From: a virus
Taxonomy: Duplodnaviria; Caudoviricetes
Direction: 5' to 3' (one strand)
IMG/VR virus record: IMGVR_UViG_3300020045_004239
Location: 1 to 39,708 of that record
DNA: 39,708 bases
Shown here: in pieces, positions 25,455-33,700 of the stretch
Layout: the number at the start of each line of letters is the position of its first letter
Numbering within the stretch: the first letter of the stretch is position 1
Notes under the pieces: generated by a model
What the model was told of the DNA's origin: nothing
Databases searched by the model: none
Seen by the model: the letters and a program-made list of their open reading frames with translations, nothing else
Translations under genes and position numbers: made by a program

Positions 25455-26023
25455 ATAATTTTGAATCCAAAAAACATTGAATCAACACTATTTACAACTA
25501 AAGGTGGTTCGGCTGTAGTTTGCGATGGGCAAGTAACTTTTATAATATCGCCATTAGCAACAACAGCTAGCTTTAAGATTAAACCAGATGATATAGTCTT
25601 TGAAACGATTACACCATTTATTTTTATATTGAAAGTAGCATTTCCAAATAGTTCTACTGCAAATAACCACAAGCCAGCCAAACCTGTAGGTATAACAAAC
25701 TGATTAGACGCAAATCCATTTTTATTGTCATAAGTTTCAGTTTGCCAAAGAATATCTGTTATAGTAGACGCTGGTATAGTTTGGTTAGCATTTTTAGCTA
25801 CAATAAAAGCAGCTCTGTCTAACAACAGTTGTGGCAAAGCATTTAAATCACTTTCTGTTGCAGTTATTGGCACATTAAAACCAAGTCCACCAGAACCTGG
25901 AAACTGTGTTTTTAGCAAAGATTTTATTAGTCTTAAATGATTATCTCCTTGAGACTTCTGGTCACCACCTAATGGCCAAGTAGCGTCTAACTGCGATATT
26001 GTAGTTCCTGTTTCTAGTCCCAT
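25451..26023 (-). CDS. Tail fibre-like protein with C1q-like C-terminal domain
   Basis: MGLETGTTISQL...P.GGD.KSQGDNHLRLIK.LL..QFP attachment-type N-terminus; AFIVAKNANQTI...ETYD...AGLWLF. Confidence 0.65.
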   Translation of the reverse strand: MGLETGTTISQLDATWPLGGDQKSQGDNHLRLIKSLLKTQFPGSGGLGFNVPITATESDLNALPQLLLDRAAFIVAKNANQTIPASTITDILWQTETYDNKNGFASNQFVIPTGLAGLWLFAVELFGNATFNIKINGVIVSKTISSGLILKLAVVANGDIIKVTCPSQTTAEPPLVVNSVDSMFFGFKII

Positions 26024-26643
26024 TAACCTATCCTCGTACGAAGCGAATTGCCAGAATATTTAGAAGTTAAATCCTTGGCAAAAATTTGCCCAATAATCTT
26101 ATCAAAAACAGCAGAAAATCTATCGGCAGCTGGCCAGTCTTTAGCAAATACACCTATCAATATAAGCAGCCCTACAACATACAAGTCAGGATGCTTGACA
26201 GATAACCAGTTAGTCGTTATTGTCGCTGATAGTGGAGGGACTTTTTGCATATATGTCAAGAATAACGCTTGTGTACTTGACAATGCTGGATAAACTTCTA
26301 GCTTGTTCTCATTAATAGAATAGAACAAATCATCACACCTATTTTGGTAAGCCCAGGATATTTGCTCAGGATTACAAAATTCAAAAGGAACTTTGCTTTT
26401 CCTATCAGTTCCAGTAATCCTACCAATAAAACGCATTTCTTCATAATCAGAAGGTAAGGCGTACTGATACGTATCATCTGAAACGTAAGGTATAATAGCA
26501 GATGTCTCTTTCTCTAATGATCGCAGTAAGCGATTTACCTCAGCTTCAATTAGGTACAGAAACCCGTCTACCCTAGAAGCTAAGTCACTGTCCTCTCTAT
26601 CAGAAAGAGACAGTGCTAATGCAACAATTTCGCTGTATGTCAT
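26023..26643 (-). CDS. Head-tail adaptor protein
   Basis: MTYSEI...FLYLIEAEVNRLLR...ALPSDY...NWLSVKHPDLY pattern of SU10-like adaptors. Confidence 0.75.
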   Translation of the reverse strand: MTYSEIVALALSLSDREDSDLASRVDGFLYLIEAEVNRLLRSLEKETSAIIPYVSDDTYQYALPSDYEEMRFIGRITGTDRKSKVPFEFCNPEQISWAYQNRCDDLFYSINENKLEVYPALSSTQALFLTYMQKVPPLSATITTNWLSVKHPDLYVVGLLILIGVFAKDWPAADRFSAVFDKIIGQIFAKDLTSKYSGNSLRTRIG

Positions 26644-26753
26644 GGTTTAGTTACCACAATCTTAGGTCTACGAACTAATTTAACAATAGCATTTTTACCA
26701 ACAACACCACCCTGAGCAGTGTTGCTTTTAACTAACCGCAACTTTGTTTTCAC
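26640..26753 (-). CDS. Small basic protein (37 aa)
   Basis: Not in track; GGAGG SD 6 nt before GTG; MKTKLRLVKSNTAQGGVVGKNAIVKLVRRPKIVVTKP*; ATGA overlap with the adaptor. Confidence 0.6.
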   Translation of the reverse strand: MKTKLRLVKSNTAQGGVVGKNAIVKLVRRPKIVVTKP

Positions 26754-27063
26754 GTTTATCCTCCACTAAGCAAGCCTTGCCAATGTCAGTTGCTAAAAAT
26801 CTATAAAGTTCTTTGTTAGCTGTCTTTGAATCTTTACTGTTTAAATCAAAACCATCTTTGATAGCTTTATCCCATATAATCATAGGGATATTACAAAGCA
26901 GTCTACCCCACGTCTCTCCTTCATCTTTTAACTCATTAATGACACCAGTATTTTGCCTTAGGCGTTTATTGCGCTCTAAGATAACATCTTCTGATGGCTG
27001 AGTTAATTTATGAACAATATGGCCATGTTCAAAATATAGCTCTGATTTAAATACTTCATCCAT
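26728..27063 (-). CDS. Hypothetical virion-module protein (111 aa)
   Basis: GGAG SD; Q...VILERNK.LR...GR...IP..I...W pattern; lies between capsid and adaptor genes. Confidence 0.7.
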   Translation of the reverse strand: MDEVFKSELYFEHGHIVHKLTQPSEDVILERNKRLRQNTGVINELKDEGETWGRLLCNIPMIIWDKAIKDGFDLNSKDSKTANKELYRFLATDIGKACLVEDKRENKVAVS

Positions 27064-27072
27064 AACAACTCC

Positions 27073-27101
27073 AAAAAACTCCCGCTACTTGCATAGCGGG
27101 A
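27073..27101 (-). terminator. Rho-independent terminator downstream of the capsid genes
   Basis: On the - strand TCCCGCTAT-GCAA-GTAGCGGGA followed by GTTTTTT; GNRA loop. Confidence 0.8.
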
Positions 27102-27121
27102 TATTACAGGTGATACGCTAA

Positions 27122-27301
27122 TTAAACTTTTTCTAAGTAAGTACCAACACAGTTTTCGTACTCAAACTTGCTGCAATGGCCAGATTCACCAGGCTTAATT
27201 TCTCCATAGGTCAGATATATTGACACCTTAGAGATATTCTTAACAGCAATTTTTGCTTGTAAAACTACTTCTTCAACAGGCTGTTTAATTGCTTCTGTCA
27301 T
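27122..27301 (-). CDS. Small hypothetical protein after the major capsid gene (59 aa)
   Basis: Not in track; GGAG SD; MTEAIKQPVEEVVLQAKIAVKNISKVSIYL...YLEKV*. Confidence 0.7.
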   Translation of the reverse strand: MTEAIKQPVEEVVLQAKIAVKNISKVSIYLTYGEIKPGESGHCSKFEYENCVGTYLEKV

Positions 27302-27314
27302 ATCAGTTCTCCAA

Positions 27315-28358
27315 TTATGCTACAACAGCGGTAGCAGGATTAATGTCATTAATCATTGCTTGAGCCTTTTCGTTACCCACGCAAAGAGTCCAGTCAACAA
27401 GCAGTTGTCTGTTATTTGCAGAACCAGTTTTAGCTAGTTCTTCTGTACGATAACCTTGCAAATAAGAAATTGACAAGTAACTTGGGTCAAGAACGAAAAC
27501 ATCTGCCGCATTTGTAACCGCTGCAATTGTGAACTTAGGTTGCAAGCGATTAGGCACAAATTTCAATGTACCAAAGTCTGTAACAAACACGTTAACAGAA
27601 CCCATTGCAGTAGCTTTAGCAGAAGATCCTTCAATGTCACTCATTAGAGTGGCAACACGAGCAGAGGAAGTGAACAGGTACGAGCTGAAAGCCTGTACGA
27701 CATCTGGTGTAGACATAAAGACTGATGCTTCACCGCCTTGTTGATACACTTGCTGTGCAGCAGTACGCACCTTAGTTTCAGTTAAACCAATGGCAGCAGC
27801 AGCACGAGTAAACGCAACAGTTAAGCCAGTACCAGTTGCAAAACCACCTGCTACTTCGCCACCTGTCAACTGAACGTTTGTTTTAATCCAAGAAGGCAAA
27901 CCACCTGATTTACCAGGCGTAGCGTTACCATCGTCTGAAACAGAGGCTTGATTAAGCAACATAATTGCTTCAACGTCACGGCGCAACTCTTGTTGGCGTC
28001 TTGACAATTGGTAAGACAACTCTTTCGCGCGGCCAATAGTGTTAGAAGCATCGGCACGAAATGACACCTTAACAACTTTATCAGAAATTTGGTGATGATT
28101 ACCAACTCTTTGTCCAGTTGCAGTGTTATTTGTACCAGCGTCAGCACCATCAACACGGGCATTTGTAATATCAGGAACTGCCAACTCGTCAGTAGTCCAC
28201 TCTTTGTATGGGTGGCTAGAGCTATCAGTCCCAATCATATCAGTAAAAGGCAATGGAATTTTACTAATATCCCAAATCTTATTCATTACATCTTCACGAA
28301 TAAGACCACCACGCGCAACCGCTTTTAAGTCTGCGGCATCTAAATTGGCTGTACTCAT
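27315..28358 (-). CDS. Major capsid protein (SU10 / DUF5309-like)
   Basis: REDV...I.DIS....PF, EWTTDEL, R.GN..QI..K...VS, ELSYQ......ELRRDVE, FVTDFG.LKFVPNR, ELAKTG. Confidence 0.9.
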   Translation of the reverse strand: MSTANLDAADLKAVARGGLIREDVMNKIWDISKIPLPFTDMIGTDSSSHPYKEWTTDELAVPDITNARVDGADAGTNNTATGQRVGNHHQISDKVVKVSFRADASNTIGRAKELSYQLSRRQQELRRDVEAIMLLNQASVSDDGNATPGKSGGLPSWIKTNVQLTGGEVAGGFATGTGLTVAFTRAAAAIGLTETKVRTAAQQVYQQGGEASVFMSTPDVVQAFSSYLFTSSARVATLMSDIEGSSAKATAMGSVNVFVTDFGTLKFVPNRLQPKFTIAAVTNAADVFVLDPSYLSISYLQGYRTEELAKTGSANNRQLLVDWTLCVGNEKAQAMINDINPATAVVA

Positions 28359-29404
28359 GTTTTTACTCCAGTATCAATAAGTAATTGTGCAATAGCGTCA
28401 GTTTCAGCAGCACGTTTTTGAGTTCCAGTTGATGTCGCTGCACGCTTAATTAGTTTGTCCAAATGCGAAACATTGTTACGTTTTGCACTTGTTTGTTTTT
28501 GGAAATTAGGTTTTTGTTGAACAATTTTTTGTTCTGCTTCCTTCATTCCACGTCTGAATTTCATAGCGTCTTTAAGGACTTCTACCATGCGGTGATCGTT
28601 AATTGACGCAAATTCTTGAGGCGTAAAGCCATAGGCTTCTCCTGCAAAAGAATTTATATCTTCGAGCGCACTTTTTAGAACCTTTTGATCTCGCCATTCA
28701 GGATTTTTTTCTAAAGTCAATTCGATTTGCCTTTGATGCAACTGTTTTTGACTTTCTTGAAACTCATTTTGAAGTTTCGCAACTTCATCATTTTTAGTAG
28801 ATGCAACAATTTCCAGAATCCTATCAAACTCTGCATTTTGCATTTGAAAATCTTGTACTAGTGCAGCATACTCAGCAGGATTTTGTTGCCTAATCAACGT
28901 CCAGTTTACATCTTCATATTGCTTTAGAAACTGACTTTTAACATAAGCTGTAGTTTTTTCCAAAGAATCGATTTTATCTGCATATTGCCGAGTTGTATCG
29001 TTTACAAAATCTTTAAATTTTTTGGTTTCTTCCGACAATACTTGACTTTTTTGTGTGTTATGCTTATTGTACTGATAACCAGAAACAAGCTCTTTAAGAG
29101 CCACTTCTTCTTCTTGGCCATCTACTTTAACCTTTACCGCCTTCAAATTGCCTTCGTCGTCAAGAACAATAGCGGAATCATCTAATCCAAGAGCCTTGCC
29201 CCATGTAACATCTTCTTCTTTTTCTTCTTCTTTTTCTTCGATGACTTTATCTTCTTTTTCATCAACAACTGCATCATCCAAGCCTTCTACATCAACAAAT
29301 AACTCAGCAATATCATCTAATGACTTTGCAGATTCCAAAGTATTTTGTGTAGAACCTTCTTGCCCAGGTTCTAAATTTTGTAGCTTATTTTTAAAACGGA
29401 ACAT
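28355..29404 (-). CDS. Capsid scaffolding protein
   Basis: Acidic N-terminus; VKVKVDGQEEEVALKELVSGYQ....TQKSQ, NPAEY, PEWRD, DHR; directly upstream of the capsid gene; start at 29404 after AAGGTG. Confidence 0.85.
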   Translation of the reverse strand: MFRFKNKLQNLEPGQEGSTQNTLESAKSLDDIAELFVDVEGLDDAVVDEKEDKVIEEKEEEKEEDVTWGKALGLDDSAIVLDDEGNLKAVKVKVDGQEEEVALKELVSGYQYNKHNTQKSQVLSEETKKFKDFVNDTTRQYADKIDSLEKTTAYVKSQFLKQYEDVNWTLIRQQNPAEYAALVQDFQMQNAEFDRILEIVASTKNDEVAKLQNEFQESQKQLHQRQIELTLEKNPEWRDQKVLKSALEDINSFAGEAYGFTPQEFASINDHRMVEVLKDAMKFRRGMKEAEQKIVQQKPNFQKQTSAKRNNVSHLDKLIKRAATSTGTQKRAAETDAIAQLLIDTGVKT

Positions 29405-29414
29405 AAAATCACCT

Positions 29415-29687
29415 TTAATCAAATTTATCAATCATTTTTTGAGCAACTTTACCATCATTGATGTGAGACTCTATCATATCTCTCAAATCAAGTAAAGCAT
29501 CAAAACGCCTTTTTATAGGATAAAGTAGCATAAAATCTTCATCAAAATCAACCTTAGTATTAATAAAAGCATTTAGCAAATCGTTCTTATATTGCTCAAT
29601 GATGTCCAAAAGATATGAGTGCGCCACTTCTGCTTTCTTAGCAAGTGTCATCGCCTTAATGCAGTCATTTTTAGATGAAAGTGCCAT
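29415..29687 (-). CDS. Hypothetical helical protein preceding the scaffold (90 aa)
   Basis: ORF track; ends I..HINDGKVA; GAGG SD. Confidence 0.7.
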   Translation of the reverse strand: MALSSKNDCIKAMTLAKKAEVAHSYLLDIIEQYKNDLLNAFINTKVDFDEDFMLLYPIKRRFDALLDLRDMIESHINDGKVAQKMIDKFD

Positions 29688-29833
29688 TATTCGTCTTCCT
29701 CTGGATATTCAACAACTTCCCAATCATCAGCAACTACATCTTCAATCAAAATCCATGAGCCTGAGTCCCATGACCTTCTACGAAGCATTCCACCATCGTC
29801 GTAAAGTTGCTCAATACCTTGTTCTAAGTCCAC
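29687..29833 (-). CDS. Miniature DUF2829/Tad2-like protein (48 aa)
   Basis: Not in track; GTG start after AGGGTG; MDLEQGIEQLYDDGGMLRRRSWDSGSWILIEDVVADDWEVVEYPEEDE*; fills the gap and overlaps the next ATG (TAATG). Confidence 0.6.
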   Translation of the reverse strand: MDLEQGIEQLYDDGGMLRRRSWDSGSWILIEDVVADDWEVVEYPEEDE

Positions 29834-29844
29834 AATATTTCACC

Positions 29845-31593
29845 CTAAAGTAGCAATAAAAGTTCTTCGTCTTCTCTGTAAAGCCTATTTAAATACTCAA
29901 CTGCAACTAAATAAGCATTTAATCGAGTTTCCTCTAATACTCGTTCTCTTTCTGCCTCGACTTGATTCGCATTAAATCTATCCAGAACATCAGAGACCAC
30001 GGAATCAGCAAGAACATCAACCCCAAAATCCTTAACATTTGCTTCACGCAATACCTCTTTTGCTTCGTTAAATAAAAGATTATATACTTGCTGATCTATT
30101 TCCTCAGGTCTTAATTTTAAGACTTCTTGCTGTTTCTTGCCTTTTATGTAAGTAACGTGCTTCTTGCCGCTTATTCCTTTGTCTTTATCAACAACAGGAG
30201 CTTCGTCTGTAACTATAGCATCTAAAACACCGCTTATGCCATCAAGTGCGCCGCCTAGTGATATAGCAAGCGGGTCAAGCGCAGAAGTATTGATGACCCC
30301 ACTTACATCACCTACGCTACCAGATATAAATATATCTGTAGCAGTAAACGAATTGATGCTTCCTGTTAAGCTGCCTACATCTCCACCAAGCAATAAGCTA
30401 GTAACAACTGTAGCTTGTAATTGTCCAGAAACATCGTCAAACGCACCCTGCAATACTACATCAAGCGTAGGAGTTCCTGCATTTATAATACCACTTATAC
30501 TACCAACATCGCCAGTTAGAGAAATGTCTGTAGTAGTAAAAGCAGAAATGCTACCAGAAATGTCGTCTAAAGCACCTTGCAATATAACATCAGGTGATTG
30601 TAAACTAGCATTTATAGAACCACTTATTTCGCCAATGTCTCCCTGTACAAAGACATTAACAGAAACATTAGCAATTAATGAGCCAGATATTTCGCCTATA
30701 CCACCTTGTAGGATTATATCTTCGCTCACATTGGCAACAAGCGAACCGCTTAACTCTCCAACAACTCCTTGCAATATAGAATTTGTTGCAGTATTTGCAA
30801 CAATGACGCCATCTATTCCACCTATATCACCTTGTAAACTTACACTATTACCAGAAACATTGGCAACTAACTCTCCATATATTTCACCTATGTCGCCTTG
30901 CAAACTTGCACTACTAGAAGCAGTGCCAATTACTGTTATTAAGTCTTTGTCGAATAACCCTGCCGCAGACAAAAGAGCAGAAAACGCCCCGAAGCCAGTA
31001 AAGTCGCTGGTATTTGTACGCCTAGTTTTGCGCTTTTTTGTTGGTAATTTCTTACTTGTATCTATGGCAACAACAAAATCACCACCAGACCAGTCATCAA
31101 ATGATATTGCAGGCTGAGATGCATAAAACCCAGCTGACCCAGATGTCAGGTCTGTGTCTGTCCGAGTAGCTTGCAGGACACCATTTTTATACGCCCTTAA
31201 AGTAGTGCCTTCAACCTCCAGTCTTACTACGTCACCAATCGTGTTGGTCCCGAACACCCCTCCCAACTCTGTATACGAACCATCAACAAATTTGAATATG
31301 AAAAATATAGAATTAAGAGTACATAGTATATAGCCAGATTTGTTAGATGAAGATATACGCACTGCTGGCCCAGCATTAACAGATCCGCCAGTTGATGTTA
31401 TTGTGTATTCTGACCATTGGTCATTAGGCCATGAAATCGCATTGTAATAAGTAACACAGTCTGCGGCGACAGCTGGCCCTATAATTTGATTTGCATCCAG
31501 GCGTAGATTACCAGTACTGGGAGCTGGTGACCAATTTCCAGCTAAGGGCGACTCGTTCGCCCTGTTAAAATTATCGGTTGCTAAGATCGCCAT
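29845..31593 (-). CDS. Putative virion fibre/decoration protein: ConA/lectin-like N-domain, eleven 21-23 aa repeats, helical C-terminus
   Basis: DNFNRAN...GDVVRLEVEGTTLRAYKNG...SGSAG...FDDWSGGD; repeats of LQGDIGEISGSxxA; ends EDEELLLLL. Confidence 0.6.
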   Translation of the reverse strand: MAILATDNFNRANESPLAGNWSPAPSTGNLRLDANQIIGPAVAADCVTYYNAISWPNDQWSEYTITSTGGSVNAGPAVRISSSNKSGYILCTLNSIFFIFKFVDGSYTELGGVFGTNTIGDVVRLEVEGTTLRAYKNGVLQATRTDTDLTSGSAGFYASQPAISFDDWSGGDFVVAIDTSKKLPTKKRKTRRTNTSDFTGFGAFSALLSAAGLFDKDLITVIGTASSSASLQGDIGEIYGELVANVSGNSVSLQGDIGGIDGVIVANTATNSILQGVVGELSGSLVANVSEDIILQGGIGEISGSLIANVSVNVFVQGDIGEISGSINASLQSPDVILQGALDDISGSISAFTTTDISLTGDVGSISGIINAGTPTLDVVLQGAFDDVSGQLQATVVTSLLLGGDVGSLTGSINSFTATDIFISGSVGDVSGVINTSALDPLAISLGGALDGISGVLDAIVTDEAPVVDKDKGISGKKHVTYIKGKKQQEVLKLRPEEIDQQVYNLLFNEAKEVLREANVKDFGVDVLADSVVSDVLDRFNANQVEAERERVLEETRLNAYLVAVEYLNRLYREDEELLLLL

Positions 31594-31596
31594 GTG

Positions 31597-32859
31597 CTAG
31601 TAATCGCTAGAACACGAATAAGAAGATAATTCAAACGCAGTAGTAGTCACTGTAATATTTGCAGTACCATTGGACATAGCCAACTCTTGCCCTAAAAATG
31701 CGGTCGTTAATGGGATTGTTGTACTAGTAGTGGTGTCAACCAAGATTGTCCCAGTGTTAAGTTCTTGTAATGCGTAGCCTATCACGCCACCATTTGTGGC
31801 AGACCATATCCAGCAATCAAAGGCTTGACCTGCTGCCAATGCTGTAGCGAGTGTAATAGCCGCCTTTGTGGCTGTTGTGCCATCACGAGTAACAAAGTTA
31901 AGCACCGTTGCCGCTTCTGTGGTGTCATGCCAAAATCCACACCCGTTACCAGTAAGCGTGTCTGATATTACCCAGCCAGCATTTGAATCGTTAAGACCAA
32001 CAAATAGCCGCACAGTAGCTGCGGGCCACAATCCAATCGAAAACCGTGCATGGAATTTAAAGCCACCTAGCCCTGCTGCGTTTCCTCTCCAATACCGCTT
32101 TTCAGCCGTTGCCGTCCTAAGTCCTAAGACTTGGTTAGTCGTTGTAACAACATTCGCCCATCTTGTGCGCTTTTGTTGATTGACAATGGCAGGTGATGTG
32201 CTGGATGGAGTTGGATGTGATACCGTTCCACCCGAAGTCCACGCCATACCATAGTTAAGGCCGACAGTAGTACCATTGTTTGGCAAGTACATGGAAAAGC
32301 CGTTTTCGCTTATATTGCTTTGCACCCGCTCATCTTGGCCTGATGGGGTAATCCACTTTAGCTGCATCATACCCGCACGTTTACGAGCAAATATTTTAAT
32401 CGTGTCGGTATCTGATGACGTTTGAGCTGCCGCAGCAACCGCTGGCAGTTGTTGGATATTGGCTAAAGTCTGAGGCTTCTCTAACCCGTCTGCGCCGTAA
32501 ACAGTATATAAGCCAGTTTCGTCATATTCGACACGTTCGCCAGCCAGCAATGTACCTTTCCACTTAACAACTGCATCTGTACCATTGAACTGCTCGACAG
32601 TACATAGATTTGATGTAGTAGCGTGATTGTTGGTTATCGTCAATTGCTTTACATTGCGCGTTGTAGATGCTGCGGGAGCAGCGACGATAGTCGTAGTCGT
32701 AGCCGTCGATATGTTGGTAAGCGTGTCACCAGATGCGGTGAAGTTGCTTGAACTTCCAGCAGGTACTGGCGCATCTATGTAGCTATGGCTAACTTCAATG
32801 TCACCAGCCGAGCCAGTGACAAGCCTAAGGATAGTCGACGTAGTGGATAGATTAAGCAT
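31597..32859 (-). CDS. Thr/Ala-rich beta-structured putative virion protein (420 aa)
   Basis: Start at ATG 32859 (TAATG overlap); N-terminal TTTIVAAPAASTTRNVKQLTITN beta-sandwich and lectin-like C-terminus. Confidence 0.55.
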   Translation of the reverse strand: MLNLSTTSTILRLVTGSAGDIEVSHSYIDAPVPAGSSSNFTASGDTLTNISTATTTTIVAAPAASTTRNVKQLTITNNHATTSNLCTVEQFNGTDAVVKWKGTLLAGERVEYDETGLYTVYGADGLEKPQTLANIQQLPAVAAAAQTSSDTDTIKIFARKRAGMMQLKWITPSGQDERVQSNISENGFSMYLPNNGTTVGLNYGMAWTSGGTVSHPTPSSTSPAIVNQQKRTRWANVVTTTNQVLGLRTATAEKRYWRGNAAGLGGFKFHARFSIGLWPAATVRLFVGLNDSNAGWVISDTLTGNGCGFWHDTTEAATVLNFVTRDGTTATKAAITLATALAAGQAFDCWIWSATNGGVIGYALQELNTGTILVDTTTSTTIPLTTAFLGQELAMSNGTANITVTTTAFELSSYSCSSDY

Positions 32860-33440
32860 TACGCATTGCCTTCTGTCCAAGAACCGCTTGTGACGTTAAC
32901 AGTTTGACCTGTTGTTATCGCCGCTGGTGTTACTCGTACATCATGAGAAAAAGTTCCGTTTCCAGATACTGCACCAGTGTTCTCAATGCTAAGGTGGACA
33001 GTCGTGCCTTGAATATCCACGACTCTTGCATTAGCGGCAATGCCTGTGCCAGAAACAGACATGCCGATGAGTATGCCAGAGGCAGAGCCCACCGTAATGG
33101 TATCCTGTGACGCTGAACCCGTTGCCGTTGTGACGACATCAGCACCAGCACTCATATCGTCTACAATAGTCGTGCCATCTGATTTTAACAACCTAGCCCA
33201 AGTAGCAGTACCAGTATTGTTAGCTGAAGTATCAGAACCAATAGCGTTGAATGTTAACACACCAGCGGCAACAGTTCCAAGAGTAGCTGCACAAGTATGT
33301 TCTGATAGAATATTAGTTGCAGCGCCACCCGTAGCAGGGCGAGTGCCATCCAATATTCGTAATATTGCACTTGCACCCGCTTCGGTTACAATTGCGTTTA
33401 ATCGTGCATTTCTCAATGCTGTTGACATGCCATGAGCCAT
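32859..33440 (-). CDS. Putative virion structural protein (193 aa)
   Basis: STALRNARLNAI...LRI.DGTRPA...GTATWARL...ITTGQTV.VTS...TEGNA, a pattern common in phage structural modules. Confidence 0.6.
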   Translation of the reverse strand: MAHGMSTALRNARLNAIVTEAGASAILRILDGTRPATGGAATNILSEHTCAATLGTVAAGVLTFNAIGSDTSANNTGTATWARLLKSDGTTIVDDMSAGADVVTTATGSASQDTITVGSASGILIGMSVSGTGIAANARVVDIQGTTVHLSIENTGAVSGNGTFSHDVRVTPAAITTGQTVNVTSGSWTEGNA

Positions 33441-33442
33441 TT

Positions 33443-33700
33443 TTATTCCTCTATTACATGAGTTATTAAACCATTTTCGTCACGTATTGGTCTTTTAATA
33501 CGTGGCCTACTTATTGCTTCTTGCATATCTTGAACAGTTTTTGCAAGAAAGCCTATTTGTTCAGTAATGATGTCATTACCTTGTAACTGCATATCAGTTA
33601 ATAATTTAATTGGTTGCTCTAGTTGCTTAATAGAGACTGCACCAAAGTTATCAACGTAGCGCACATATTCTGTCACAACCAATTGTTCGTAATTAATCAT
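33443..33700 (-). CDS. Hypothetical protein coupled to the portal (85 aa)
   Basis: ATGA overlap with the portal stop; ends RPRIKRPIRDENGLITHVIEE. Confidence 0.7.
   Translation of the reverse strand: MINYEQLVVTEYVRYVDNFGAVSIKQLEQPIKLLTDMQLQGNDIITEQIGFLAKTVQDMQEAISRPRIKRPIRDENGLITHVIEE

Noticed and set aside
30164-31117. 317-aa + strand ORF
   Set aside because: Antisense shadow of the repetitive 582-aa protein; Pro/Ser-rich mirror composition and opposite to the late operon.
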